Source: Pseudomonadota bacterium
Lineage (GTDB): Bacteria > Pseudomonadota > Alphaproteobacteria > Rhizobiales > Xanthobacteraceae
Assembly (NCBI GenBank): GCA_046725125.1
Contig: JBKOXY010000306.1
Span: forward strand, 1-33,107
DNA: 33,107 bases
Reading direction: 5' to 3'
Shown here: piece by piece, positions 1 to 9,653 of the stretch
Numbering within the stretch: position 1 is the stretch's first letter
Layout of the letters: every line of letters begins with the position of its first letter
Made by a program: the position numbers and the translations under genes
Notes under the pieces: generated by a model
Seen by the model: the letters and a program-made list of their open reading frames with translations, nothing else
Told to the model about the DNA's origin: nothing
Databases searched by the model: none

Positions 1-420
1 GACCTGCCCCGGACTGCCCATCGGTCCGAGTATGACGCGGCCCTGGACACCGACTTTGATGATCAACGTGGCACCCTGCACCGCGCACTCGCGGGCGGTT
101 TGGCCGAACGAAAGTTGGTAGCGCAGGTCGCCCGCAGTCGCGTCGGCGGCCTTGGCCGCGATATTCATCGTTGATGCGCCGGTCCGGATATCAACCCCCG
201 GGCATTCGACGTCCGGCGCCGATGGTGTGGGCGAGTGCGGCTGCGTGACGCCCGGCGTTGCGCCGGAGAAAAAGTTCGCAAACCGGCTCGCGAACGAGGG
301 CGAACTGTCGGACGATCCCACGCTCGAGGCGAGCGAGCAGCCGCACAGCATTGCGGCACTCACGATCACCCCCGCCGCGCGGCGCCAGCCGCGCTTTCGC
401 TCAGAGTTCCCCGGCCCCAT
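1..420 (-). CDS. putative lipoprotein, partial (3' end outside window)
   Basis: My own translation of the minus strand from ATG at 420 stays open to position 1, which is why it is absent from the ORF track. It reads MGPGNSERKRGWRRAAGVIVSAAMLCGCSLASSVGSSDSS..., a basic N-terminus, hydrophobic stretch and lipobox-like L-C-G-C. A GTG at 429 is an alternative start. No family recognised. Confidence 0.5.
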   Translation of the reverse strand, partial: MGPGNSERKRGWRRAAGVIVSAAMLCGCSLASSVGSSDSSPSFASRFANFFSGATPGVTQPHSPTPSAPDVECPGVDIRTGASTMNIAAKAADATAGDLRYQLSFGQTARECAVQGATLIIKVGVQGRVILGPMGSPGQV

Positions 421-507
421 TGAAATCACTCGGCTTTTTCCGACGACCCGCCTCCTCCGACGCTTATACCAACCAATTCGTGGCGACCCCAAGGCTGTCG
501 GCGCCGC

Positions 508-1089
508 CTAAAGGTCGTCCTTGAGGCGGGCGAAAAGCAAATGATCCTGCCAAATCCCATCGATACAAAGGTACTGGCGGGCAAAGCCCTCGCGCTTGAA
601 ACCTGTTTTCTCCAGCAGTCGGATCGACGCAACATTAGCCGGGATACACGCCGCTTCGATCCGATGAAGCTTCAGCGTCCCGAACGCAAAGGGAATGATG
701 GCGTTGACTGCAGCCGTCATATGACCTTGGCGCGCGTAGGGTGCCCCCATCCAGTAGCCGAGACTGCCCGCCTGGGCACAGCCCCGACGAATATTCGCAA
801 GCGTCAATCCGCCCAGCAAAACATCATCGTGCTTGCGGAAAATGAAAAAGGCATAGGCGAGGTCGCCGCGTTGGTCTTCGGAATAGCGCTTGATGCGGCG
901 GCGAAAGGATGCACGGGTAAGGTCGTCGGCGGGCCAGGTCGGCTCCCACGGCGTGAGGAAATCGCGGCTTGCTTCCCGCAACGCTGCCCATTCCGCGCAG
1001 TCGGACATTTGCGGTGCCCGCAGCACGATGCCGTCGCCTGTAATCGCCGGCATCGATTCGGACAAGCTGACGGTGCGGAAGAATGCCAT
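508..1089 (-). CDS. GNAT family N-acetyltransferase (RimJ/RimL-like)
   Basis: 193 aa with an ATG start. GNAT core is visible (LGYWMGAPYARQGHMTAAVNAII, HRIEAACIPANVASIRLLEKTGFKREG). Lies downstream of thrC and the M16 peptidase, as I recall for related genomes. Confidence 0.85.
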   Translation of the reverse strand: MAFFRTVSLSESMPAITGDGIVLRAPQMSDCAEWAALREASRDFLTPWEPTWPADDLTRASFRRRIKRYSEDQRGDLAYAFFIFRKHDDVLLGGLTLANIRRGCAQAGSLGYWMGAPYARQGHMTAAVNAIIPFAFGTLKLHRIEAACIPANVASIRLLEKTGFKREGFARQYLCIDGIWQDHLLFARLKDDL

Positions 1090-1173
1090 GGTGATCAGCC
1101 ATCAGACGGCAGGCAAACAGACGACAGAGAGAGCGGACCGCTCTTGCTGTCCTCCGCCGCCCGTCATCCGACT

Positions 1174-2445
1174 TTACGCGGCCCGGCGGGCGAGACTGTC
1201 CGCGATCGTGGCGGCAGTTTCAAGTCCGGCGCCAGGACCGAGCGCGGCGACGGCGGGCCGTCCTCGCGCAATGAGGGCGCGGCCGGCGGCGCGGGCGCTC
1301 TCGACCGTCACCGCTTCAATTTTCTCAACCAGCTCGTCGAGCGGAACTGGGCGACCCCAATTGAACAACTGACGCGCGAGCTGCTCGGCGCGCGCGGATG
1401 AACTCTCGAGCGCCATCAGCAATCCGGCCTTCATCTGCGCTTTCGCCCGTGCAACCTCCGCCTCGTTGATGGTTTCCGCCGCGGCATTGATCTCGCCCAC
1501 CACGACGCGCATCAATTCAGCGACATCGGCGGCATCGGTCCCGGCATAGAGGCCGAACATTCCGATGTCCGAATAAGGCGCGTGGAACGCATAAATCGCG
1601 TAGCAGAGGCCACGCTGCTCGCGCACCTCCTGGAACAGGCGTGAGGACATGCCGCCGCCGAGCACATTCGTGAATACCTGTAGGCTATAGAGGTTCGGAT
1701 CGCGATGCGGCAACCCGTGCATGGCGAGCGCGATGTGAGCCTGTTCGAGATCGCGCGTCTCGATGCGGGAGCCTCCGACGAAACGTGCTGGATCAGGCGT
1801 CGGTGGCCGAGGGCCGGCAAAGCTCGCGAATCGTCGTTCGACTTCCGCCACTATGGCCTGGTGCTCAACTGCGCCTGCCGCAGCGACCACCATCTCGGGG
1901 CTTCGATAGTTGCGGCTGAGATAGGCGGCGAGCCGCTTGCGGTCGAACGAGCGCACGGTCGCCGGCGTGCCGAGGATGGACCGGCCAATCGGCTGGTCGG
2001 CGAAGGCGGTCTCCTGCAGCTTGTCCCAGATGAGATCGTCCGGGGCATCCTCGGCGGCACCGATCTCCTGCACGATCACGTTCTGCTCGCGCCGCAGCTC
2101 CTCGGAATCGAATGACGGATCGGCGAGGATGTCGGATAGCACGTCGAGCGCAAGCGGCACATCAACCCGCAGAACGCGCGCGTAGTAGGCGGTTGTCTCA
2201 ATCGAGGTTGCCGCGTTGAGGTCGCCGCCGACCGCCTCGATTTCCTCCGCGATTTGACGGGCGGTGCGCCGTGAAGTTCCCTTGAACGCCATATGCTCGA
2301 GCAGATGCGAGATACCATGCTCGTCCGGCCGCTCGTCGCGACTGCCGGAACCGACCCACACGCCAAGCGAGGCGGTCTCCAAATGCGGCATCGCGTCAGT
2401 GACGACGACGAGGCCGGTGGGAAGACGTGTGACCTCGACGCTCAT
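1174..2445 (-). CDS. M16 family zinc metallopeptidase (pitrilysin/processing-protease-like)
   Basis: 423 aa with the inverted zinc motif HxxEH (HLLEHMAFKGT). The ATG overlaps the thrC stop in an ATGA arrangement. Confidence 0.9.
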   Translation of the reverse strand: MSVEVTRLPTGLVVVTDAMPHLETASLGVWVGSGSRDERPDEHGISHLLEHMAFKGTSRRTARQIAEEIEAVGGDLNAATSIETTAYYARVLRVDVPLALDVLSDILADPSFDSEELRREQNVIVQEIGAAEDAPDDLIWDKLQETAFADQPIGRSILGTPATVRSFDRKRLAAYLSRNYRSPEMVVAAAGAVEHQAIVAEVERRFASFAGPRPPTPDPARFVGGSRIETRDLEQAHIALAMHGLPHRDPNLYSLQVFTNVLGGGMSSRLFQEVREQRGLCYAIYAFHAPYSDIGMFGLYAGTDAADVAELMRVVVGEINAAAETINEAEVARAKAQMKAGLLMALESSSARAEQLARQLFNWGRPVPLDELVEKIEAVTVESARAAGRALIARGRPAVAALGPGAGLETAATIADSLARRAA

Positions 2446-3857
2446 GCAGCGGCTCCTTCATGTGCGGCACGACTGGCAGAGAGAATATGGCGCTCGACCG
2501 CCATCTGGTCGACCGGCAGCGTGGTGACGCGCTCCGGCCGCCGATCGAGGTCGGCGAGCCATTCGGGAAGCGGGGGCCGCACACCGCAGGCTGCCTCCAC
2601 CGCATCGGGGAATTTGGCTGGGTGGGCCGTGCCGAGCACCACCATCGGAATCGACGGGTCGCGGGTCTCCTTCTCCGCGACCGCAACGGCGACCGCGGTA
2701 TGGGGATCAATCAAATGTCCGGTCTCCCGCAGCATGGTGCGAATCGCCGCCGCGGTCTCGTTCTCGTCCGCCCGGTCGGCGGAAAACACTGCGCGCAGCG
2801 CCGAGAGCGCCTGCGCCGGCAGCGCAAACCGGCGTGATTGGGCGAGCGAGGCCATCAGCGCGCGTACCGCGCGGCCATCGCGGCCATGGATGTCGAACAA
2901 CAGACGTTCGAAATTCGACGCCACTTGGATGTCCATCGACGGCGAGGACGTGGGCACCACGTCGCGCAGCTCGTAGATGCCTGTCGCGATCGTGCGCGTG
3001 AGGATGTCGTTGACGTTGGTCGCAACCACCAGGCGGTCGACGGGCAGGCCCATGCAGAGCGCGACATAGCCCGCGTAGACGTCACCGAAATTGCCGGTCG
3101 GCACGGTGAAGGCGACCTTTCGGTGCGGCGAGCCGAGTGCGACCGCAGCGGTGAAATAGTACACCACCTGTGCGACGATGCGCGCCCAGTTGATGGAATT
3201 CACGCCGGAGAGCCGCGCCCGGTCGCGAAAGGCGTGGTGGTTGAACATGCCCTTCACGATGGCCTGGCAATCATCGAACGTTCCCTCGATCGCCAGCGCG
3301 TGGACATTATCGTCCTCGACCGTCGTCATCATCCGCCGCTGCACGTCGGAAATGCGGCGATGCGGAAAAAGCACGAACAGATCCGCACGCACGCGACCGC
3401 GAAACGCCTCGATCGCGGCCCCGCCAGTATCCCCGGAAGTCGCGACCACGATGGTCGTACGCTCTCCGCGCGTCGCGAGCACCTCATCCATGAGTCGGCC
3501 AAGGATCTGCATCGCCAGATCCTTGAACGCGAGCGTGGGCCCATGAAACAATTCGAGGACGAAATCGCTCGCCCCGAACTGCACCAGCGGAGCGACCGCC
3601 GGATGGCGGAACCTGCCATAGGCCTCGCGCGTCATGCGGGCGAGGTCGCAATCCGGGATGGCATCGCCGACGAAGGGACGAATGACCTCCACCGCCACTT
3701 CCGCATATGGGCGGCCGGCAAAGCCAGCGATCGTGTCGGCATCGAGCCGCGGCCACGCCGCGGGCACGTAGAGGCCACCGTCGCGGGCAAGTCCTGCCAG
3801 CGTCGCCTCGACAAAACCGAGCGCCGGAGCCTCGCTCCTGGTGGAAATGTAGCGCAC
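2442..3857 (-). CDS. thrC: threonine synthase
   Basis: 471 aa. N-terminus MRYISTRSEAP...GGLYVP and the PLP-lysine region FHGPTLAFKD are typical of long-form ThrC. The start codon is GTG. Confidence 0.93.
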   Translation of the reverse strand: MRYISTRSEAPALGFVEATLAGLARDGGLYVPAAWPRLDADTIAGFAGRPYAEVAVEVIRPFVGDAIPDCDLARMTREAYGRFRHPAVAPLVQFGASDFVLELFHGPTLAFKDLAMQILGRLMDEVLATRGERTTIVVATSGDTGGAAIEAFRGRVRADLFVLFPHRRISDVQRRMMTTVEDDNVHALAIEGTFDDCQAIVKGMFNHHAFRDRARLSGVNSINWARIVAQVVYYFTAAVALGSPHRKVAFTVPTGNFGDVYAGYVALCMGLPVDRLVVATNVNDILTRTIATGIYELRDVVPTSSPSMDIQVASNFERLLFDIHGRDGRAVRALMASLAQSRRFALPAQALSALRAVFSADRADENETAAAIRTMLRETGHLIDPHTAVAVAVAEKETRDPSIPMVVLGTAHPAKFPDAVEAACGVRPPLPEWLADLDRRPERVTTLPVDQMAVERHILSASRAAHEGAAA

Positions 3858-4039
3858 GAGCCGGGGGCTCCGTTTGAGGCTAAGTCGCCGTCGCGCTGGG
3901 CTTTATTCGCCCAACGAACGCACTGCGTAACCTTTTGAATTCACTCCTGTTCCCAGCACAAAGCAGGGTGCGGAGAAGCAACGGCCTCAAACATAGTCGG
4001 ACGGCGGGCCTTCCACAAGGAAGGGGGCACGCCCGCGGC

Positions 4040-4795
4040 TCATGCCGTGCGCGCGGCTCGGCTGCTCAACCAGAACCCGAACATCACCACTACAACCAAA
4101 GCGAGCCCATACCAGGTAATCGCATATTGCAGATGCTCGTCGCGTAGGTTGACCTTGAGTGCGCCGGGGCGCGGGAGCCCGCCGGGTGGCTGCGGACTTT
4201 CCAATTCGATGAAGAACGGCGCAACCTCGCCCCAGCTCTTGGCGGCTGCAATCGCAACGGGGTCGCGCACGAACCAAATGTTGCGATCGGGATCATCCTT
4301 CGGCGAGAAGGCGCCGCGGGATTCCGGCCAGCGCATCACGCCGACTAGGTCGGCATGCCCGGTGGGTGCTCCGGCGGCGCGCGTCACTGGATCTTGCCGT
4401 CCCTCCGGCACGAAGCCGCGATTGACGACGACGATTCCGCCGGACGTGAGCTGGGCTGGCGCGAATACCCAATAGCCGGATCCGGACACGTCGCTGCGCA
4501 AGGCCGAGCCACTGGTGTAGACGAGTGCTTCCGCGCCCGGCACGAACGCGGCAGAGAACTTCACGCGACGGAATTCGTCGTTTGCCGCAGAAAGGCTCGC
4601 CCAGCGCTCACGCGGCGGCAGATCGCCCGGGGGCGCGGAAAGGCGCTGTTCGAGGGTCTCGATCAGCGCTTCCTTCCAGGCCTTGCGTTGGAGTTGCCAA
4701 GTGCCGAGCCCGACGAAGATTACGGTCGCCACCAGCGCGAAGATGGCTGGCACCGCAAGGCCCGATCGCAGCCGCCGTGCCAGCGCGACGTTCAC
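4040..4795 (-). CDS. SURF1 family cytochrome oxidase biogenesis protein
   Basis: 251 aa with N- and C-terminal TM helices and the GTWQLQRKAWKEALI motif typical of SURF1/Shy1. Its GTG start overlaps the stop of the upstream DUF983 gene (GTGA). Confidence 0.85.
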   Translation of the reverse strand: MNVALARRLRSGLAVPAIFALVATVIFVGLGTWQLQRKAWKEALIETLEQRLSAPPGDLPPRERWASLSAANDEFRRVKFSAAFVPGAEALVYTSGSALRSDVSGSGYWVFAPAQLTSGGIVVVNRGFVPEGRQDPVTRAAGAPTGHADLVGVMRWPESRGAFSPKDDPDRNIWFVRDPVAIAAAKSWGEVAPFFIELESPQPPGGLPRPGALKVNLRDEHLQYAITWYGLALVVVVMFGFWLSSRAARTA

Positions 4796-5178
4796 GGCGC
4801 TTCGCCGCCGGTGAAGCGGCCCTCAGCGGCCTTGTGGTGATATTGTAGCGCGATCAGAAGGCCCTTGACTGGGCGCAATGGCAATAGCGTCGTGATCAGG
4901 ATCAGCGGTCCCCACAGCAGCGCATGCACCCAGTATGGCGGCGCATAAACGATTTCCACCGCTAAGGCAGAGCCGGCAACAATGAAGCCGGACAGGAACA
5001 TGACGAAAAACGCCGGCCCATCGGCGGAGTCGGCAAACGAAAAGTCAAGACTGCAATGCTCGCAGCGCGGGCGTAGTGTAAGAAACCCCCGGAACAGACG
5101 GCCCTCGCCGCAACGCGGACAGCGCCCCAGAAGTCCGGCCACGATGGGCGACGGCGGTGTATCAGGTTGATGGGTCAC
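4792..5178 (-). CDS. DUF983 domain-containing membrane protein
   Basis: 128 aa with a zinc-ribbon-like CPRCGEG...RPRCEHC followed by two TM helices. Its position next to SURF1 matches the cox-cluster synteny I recall in alphaproteobacteria. GTG start. Confidence 0.8.
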   Translation of the reverse strand: MTHQPDTPPSPIVAGLLGRCPRCGEGRLFRGFLTLRPRCEHCSLDFSFADSADGPAFFVMFLSGFIVAGSALAVEIVYAPPYWVHALLWGPLILITTLLPLRPVKGLLIALQYHHKAAEGRFTGGEAP

Positions 5179-5270
5179 ACACTAACTCGTCTGGAAGCAC
5201 TAGCTGCGAGATGGCGTGCCGAGCCTAGATTCTCAAGTCCCCAATATTAAATCGTTCCTACGTGTGTCGC

Positions 5271-6647
5271 TTACGACAGCGGCTTGAGGTCGTCCAACAT
5301 GGTCGGAATGAACTCCGAGACTGTCGGGTGAATGTGCACCGCCCGATGCAGGACCGTGAACGGCGCCTTGGTATACATAACATCGAGGATGCAGTGGATG
5401 GCCTCGTCCCCCGAAAGTCCCAGCAGCGACGCCCCGAGGATCTGTTTCGTCTCCTTGTCGACCAGAATCTTCATGAAGCCCTTTGTCTCGCCTTTCTCGT
5501 ACGCTCGGCTCACGTCCTCCATGGCCATGGTCGCGATCAGCGCCGGCCGGCCGGACTTGCGGACCTCGGCTTCGGTCATGCCCGCGCGACCGAGCGGGGG
5601 ATCGGTGTAGAGCGCGTAGGCAGTAATGCGATCGGTGACGCGCCGCGGATCGTTGTCGAGAAGATTCGCCGCCACGATTTCGAAATCATTGTAGGAGGTG
5701 TGGGTAAAGGCGCCCCGCCCGTTGCAGTCCCCCAAGGCCCAGATGCCGGGCACATTGGTGCGCAACTGGTCGTCGACCTGGATGTAGCCGCGAGAGTCGG
5801 TAGCGACGCCTGCCTTGTCGAGGCCGAGATCGTCCGTGTTCGGCCGACGGCCGATCGCGAGCAATAGATGGGAGCCGACGACCTGCGAGCTAGTTCCTGC
5901 ATTCTCCACCGTCACCGCGATCTCGTTGCCTTGTTTTGCCACAGCGACAACCTTGCTGTTGACGCGGATGTCGATATTTTCGTCCTTCAGGATTTCGGCA
6001 ATGGCGCGGGAGACATCCTCGTCCTCGCGCGCGATCAGGTGCGGTCCGAGCTCGATGACCGTGACTTCGCTTCCGAAGCGGCGATAGGCCTGCGCAAATT
6101 CAAGGCCGACATAGCTCCCTCCGAGCACGATCAGATGCGGGGGCAGAAAATCCACGTCCATCATCAAGCTGTTGGTCAGGTAAGGGACTTGGTCGAGCCC
6201 GCGTATTGGCGGCACCAATGCCCGCGCGCCCACATTGATGAAAATCTTATCGGCCCTGAGCACCTCATCGCCGACTTCCACCTCCTTCGGCCCAATGAAC
6301 TGGGCGTGGCCTTCGAGGACCGTGCACCCTTTCAGCCTCCTCAAGGATCGCTCGACCCCTTCGCGTGACGGGCGCACAACGGCATCCTTGCGCGCCTTCA
6401 CTGCCTTCATATCAACGCCGATCGGGCCGCCGATGGTCACGCCGTAGTCGGCAGCGCGACGCGCCAGATACGCCGCATAAGCGCTCGCAATCAGCGTCTT
6501 TGTCGGGGTGCAGCCGGCATTGACGCAGGTACCGCCGAAAAACTTGCGCTCGATGATGGCAACCTTCCAGCCGGCGGCCACCAGTCGCCTCGCCAAGCCC
6601 GGTCCCGCCTGTCCGGTGCCGATAACGATCGCATCATGGTCCGCCAT
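5271..6647 (-). CDS. FAD-dependent pyridine nucleotide-disulfide oxidoreductase (class I flavoprotein disulfide reductase, RclA/MerA-core-like)
   Basis: 458 aa. FAD-binding GTGQAG, redox-active GGTCVNAGCTPTK (CxxxxC) and a C-terminal HIHPTVSE His-Glu dyad are present. There is no NmerA domain and no C-terminal Cys pair. The ATG is preceded by GGGAGG. Confidence 0.85.
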   Translation of the reverse strand: MADHDAIVIGTGQAGPGLARRLVAAGWKVAIIERKFFGGTCVNAGCTPTKTLIASAYAAYLARRAADYGVTIGGPIGVDMKAVKARKDAVVRPSREGVERSLRRLKGCTVLEGHAQFIGPKEVEVGDEVLRADKIFINVGARALVPPIRGLDQVPYLTNSLMMDVDFLPPHLIVLGGSYVGLEFAQAYRRFGSEVTVIELGPHLIAREDEDVSRAIAEILKDENIDIRVNSKVVAVAKQGNEIAVTVENAGTSSQVVGSHLLLAIGRRPNTDDLGLDKAGVATDSRGYIQVDDQLRTNVPGIWALGDCNGRGAFTHTSYNDFEIVAANLLDNDPRRVTDRITAYALYTDPPLGRAGMTEAEVRKSGRPALIATMAMEDVSRAYEKGETKGFMKILVDKETKQILGASLLGLSGDEAIHCILDVMYTKAPFTVLHRAVHIHPTVSEFIPTMLDDLKPLS

Positions 6648-6964
6648 AACCCGCCTCCCATTTCGCGGCTCTCGTCACACGAAGCCGAGATCCCAAGCAT
6701 AGGGGGACACCGCCAGCCTGTCGCCCACAGGAGCCTTCACAACTCGGCGATGATATGGGATCGGCAATGCCGCTCCCTTGATCAATAGCTTTGCGCGATC
6801 GATACAAAGACGCTGTCGTCTTGCGCTCTGCCCTCAACGCGCGTTCAAGCTGTCGGGAACTGGTGGCCGAGCCAAGTCAACCGGAACGACTTTGCCAGCG
6901 CGTCACCGCCGATTTGGGCAAGCCAAAAAATTGGTAAGGCCACTCAAGGCATCGAGACCGCGCT

Positions 6965-7828
6965 CTAGTGGCCGACAGCATGCGCGACGCTCGCCCCGCC
7001 CGAACCCCACACATAAATGCAGGAAAACAGGAAGATCCAGACGACGTCGACGAAATGCCAGTACCAAGCGGCGAACTCGAAGCCGAGATGCTGCGTCGGC
7101 GTGAAATGTCCGAGATAGGCACGAAGCAGGCACACGATCAGAAACGTCGAGCCGATGATGACGTGCGCGCCATGGAAGCCGGTGGCCATGAAGAAAGTGG
7201 CGCCGTAGATGTTGCCACTGAAGTTGAACCCCGCGTGGCTGTATTCGTAGGCCTGCACGCAGGTGAATGCCAGACCAAGCACGATCGTCAGGATCAGCCC
7301 CCACTTGAGGCCCTGGCGGTCGTTCTCCAGAAGCGCGTGGTGCGCCCAGGTCACGGTCGTGCCGGAGGTGAGCAGGATCAGCGTATTGAGGAGCGGTAAG
7401 TGCCACGGGTCGAAGGTCTCGGTTCCCTTCGGCGGCCACACCCCGCCAAACAGCTGTTCGCGCGTAAGCTGGTGCATGTCGGCCGGGAACAGCGCGCTGT
7501 TGAAATACGCCCAGAACCAGGCCACGAAGAACATCACCTCGGAGGCAATGAACAGAATCATGCCGTACCGATGGGAGATCTGCACGATGCGCGTATGATA
7601 GCCCTCGTACGTGGCCTCACGGGCGACGTCGGTCCACCAGCCGATCATGGTATAGGCGATGCCGATCACACCAACGCCGAAAACATATGGCGCGGCCGCG
7701 AACATGTGATGCATCCACGTAATGCCGCCGACCGCCGCTATGAATACGGAGACTGCCCCGATCGCGGGCCAAGGGCTCGGTGCCACCAGATGGTAGTCGT
7801 GATGCGGCTTGGCGTGAGCTTCGGCCAT
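6965..7828 (-). CDS. ctaE: cytochrome c oxidase subunit III
   Basis: Multi-TM protein with typical CoxC sequence (HHDYHLV, FYWHFVDVVW-like WYWHFVDVVWIF). I place the start at the ATG at 7828 (MAEAHAKPHH), which is preceded by GGAGA. The track ORF extends 15 codons further upstream. Confidence 0.93.
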   Translation of the reverse strand: MAEAHAKPHHDYHLVAPSPWPAIGAVSVFIAAVGGITWMHHMFAAAPYVFGVGVIGIAYTMIGWWTDVAREATYEGYHTRIVQISHRYGMILFIASEVMFFVAWFWAYFNSALFPADMHQLTREQLFGGVWPPKGTETFDPWHLPLLNTLILLTSGTTVTWAHHALLENDRQGLKWGLILTIVLGLAFTCVQAYEYSHAGFNFSGNIYGATFFMATGFHGAHVIIGSTFLIVCLLRAYLGHFTPTQHLGFEFAAWYWHFVDVVWIFLFSCIYVWGSGGASVAHAVGH

Positions 7829-7888
7829 CTTAGAATTCTCCATCTCTCGGTGAGGCAGCGCCGCCCACGGCACTTGTCCCTGTTAGAA

Positions 7889-8488
7889 TCAGCTTCGCCC
7901 GGGCGCGGGCGCCTCGCCGCTGTCTACTTGCGGCGTCTCAGCCTGCCGCGCCGGATACATGGTGTAGGACAGGGTGATAGTGTCGAGACCGTCCTGCTCC
8001 GAATCCTTCACAAGCTCGGCGGCCACGAAGAAGACAACTGCCATGTCGCGCTTTTCGCCGGCCTTGAGCCGCTGATCGGTAAAACAGAAACAGTTGATCT
8101 TGGAGAAATAGGCGCCTGCGGTGGGCGGTGAAACATTGTACGAGGCAACGCCCACGGTCTCGCGTGCCGACTCATTGACGACCCTGTAGCTGACAGTCAC
8201 GACCTCGCCGATTTTGACCTCTATCGAATTTTGGTCCGGCTCGAAACGCCAGGGGAGCCCACCGGCGACGTTAGCGTCGAAGCGTACCTTGAGCTTGCGA
8301 TCGAGGACGTGGGAAGGCGTAACGGTCGCGACCTGCGGAGTGCCGCCGAAGCCGGTCGTGCGGCAGAACCAGTTGTAGAGCGGCACGGCCGCATAGGCCG
8401 CGCCCACCATCGCTGCAACGAACACTCCGCACGCGGCCGCGACGATGATATCGCGGCGTCGTTGCGAGGGGATGTTCCGCACGTTCAT
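7889..8488 (-). CDS. ctaG: cytochrome c oxidase assembly protein CtaG/Cox11
   Basis: About 199 aa with an N-terminal TM anchor, PLYNWFCRTTGFGG, and the Cox11 copper motif CFCF (KINCFCFTDQ). ATG at 8488; the track begins one codon earlier at a GTG. Confidence 0.9.
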   Translation of the reverse strand: MNVRNIPSQRRRDIIVAAACGVFVAAMVGAAYAAVPLYNWFCRTTGFGGTPQVATVTPSHVLDRKLKVRFDANVAGGLPWRFEPDQNSIEVKIGEVVTVSYRVVNESARETVGVASYNVSPPTAGAYFSKINCFCFTDQRLKAGEKRDMAVVFFVAAELVKDSEQDGLDTITLSYTMYPARQAETPQVDSGEAPAPGRS

Positions 8489-8493
8489 CACGA

Positions 8494-8652
8494 TTACAAC
8501 GGACGATTCAGCACCGCCGGTCCCTTCACCAGGGTGACGACGTAAAACAGGACAACGAGCGCGCCGAGCGCGAGCGCAATCGCGATCGACCGCGCGCGTC
8601 GGCTGCGCTTCTGCTCTTCGCTGAGGATGATTCTCTTCGGCTTTTCGTCCAT
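8494..8652 (-). CDS. small single-TM protein, CoxF-like (cox-cluster small membrane protein)
   Basis: Hand-translated 52-aa ORF, below the ORF-track cutoff: MDEKPKRIILSEEQKRSRRARSIAIALALGALVVLFYVVTLVKGPAVLNRPL. It has a basic N-terminus and one TM helix and fills the ctaB-ctaG gap exactly. That is where I recall a small coxF gene in the Bradyrhizobium coxBAEFGC order. Confidence 0.6.
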   Translation of the reverse strand: MDEKPKRIILSEEQKRSRRARSIAIALALGALVVLFYVVTLVKGPAVLNRPL

Positions 8653-8665
8653 GTCACCAAAGCCC

Positions 8666-9604
8666 TCACACCGCGCGGCCTATCACGCCGCCCTCGACCA
8701 GCAACACCGCGAAGAGGACGAATAGATAGAGGATTGAGAAAGCGAAGAGATCGTGCGCCGCGCGCTCGGCGCGCTCGCCGTCACGCTCCCTGCGCACGCG
8801 CCAAGCGAACGCGACCATCAGCGCGCCGGCGAGGAGCGCGGTCACCCCGTAGATTGTCTGGGTATAGCCGAGAAGCCACGGCGCCGCGCCAATCGGCACG
8901 AGTCCGATGGAATAGAGCAAAATCTTCCGTCGTGTTTCCTCCGGCCCGGCAACCACCGGGAGCATCGGAACCCGAGCGCGGGCGTAGTCGTCGACGCGAA
9001 CGAGCGACAGCGCCCAGAAGTGTGGCGGCGTCCAGAAGAAGATGATGAGGAAGAGGAGACACGGCTCGACCGCGATGCCGCCGGTCGCCGCCACCCAGCC
9101 GATGACGGGAGGAAAGGCGCCCGCGGCGCCGCCGATAACGATGTTCTGCGGCGTCGATCGCTTGAGCCATACCGTATAGACAGCGACGTAAAAGAAGATC
9201 GTGAAGGCGAGCAGTGCCGCCGCGAGCCAGCTCACGAGCAGGCCGAGCACGCCCACCGCGAAAGCGGCGAGTACGATGCCGAACGCAAGCGCCTCGCCGG
9301 GCGCGATGCGGCCCCGTGGAATGGGACGATTCGAAGTGCGCCTCATCACCGCGTCGATGTCGGCGTCGTACCACATGTTGAGCGCGCCCGCGGCACCGGC
9401 GCCGACCGCGATGCACAGAAGCGCGGTGAAGCCGATCACCGGATGGACATGTCCCGGCGCGATTACGACACCGACCAGCGCGGTAAAGACGACGAGCGAC
9501 ATGACCCGTGGCTTCATCAGCGCCACATAGTCGCCAACGCTCGCAATGCTCGGCCCGTAGCCGGCCGAACCCGCGAACTCTGTACCTTCGCTGACCAGTG
9601 ACAT
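8666..9604 (-). CDS. ctaB: protoheme IX farnesyltransferase (heme O synthase)
   Basis: 312 aa polytopic UbiA-family protein ([32 protein letters not shown]). ATG start. Confidence 0.93.
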   Translation of the reverse strand: MSLVSEGTEFAGSAGYGPSIASVGDYVALMKPRVMSLVVFTALVGVVIAPGHVHPVIGFTALLCIAVGAGAAGALNMWYDADIDAVMRRTSNRPIPRGRIAPGEALAFGIVLAAFAVGVLGLLVSWLAAALLAFTIFFYVAVYTVWLKRSTPQNIVIGGAAGAFPPVIGWVAATGGIAVEPCLLFLIIFFWTPPHFWALSLVRVDDYARARVPMLPVVAGPEETRRKILLYSIGLVPIGAAPWLLGYTQTIYGVTALLAGALMVAFAWRVRRERDGERAERAAHDLFAFSILYLFVLFAVLLVEGGVIGRAV

Positions 9605-9653
9605 CTATTCTGCGCTCACCTGTTAACGACCGCCCGCGGGGATGCCGCCACCA

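Noticed and set aside
5271-6647. Considered calling the flavoprotein mercuric reductase MerA or dihydrolipoamide dehydrogenase.
   Set aside because: It has no N-terminal heavy-metal-associated domain, no C-terminal vicinal cysteines and no mer operon context. There are also no neighbouring 2-oxoacid dehydrogenase E1/E2 genes. Only the generic class I FDR call is supportable.
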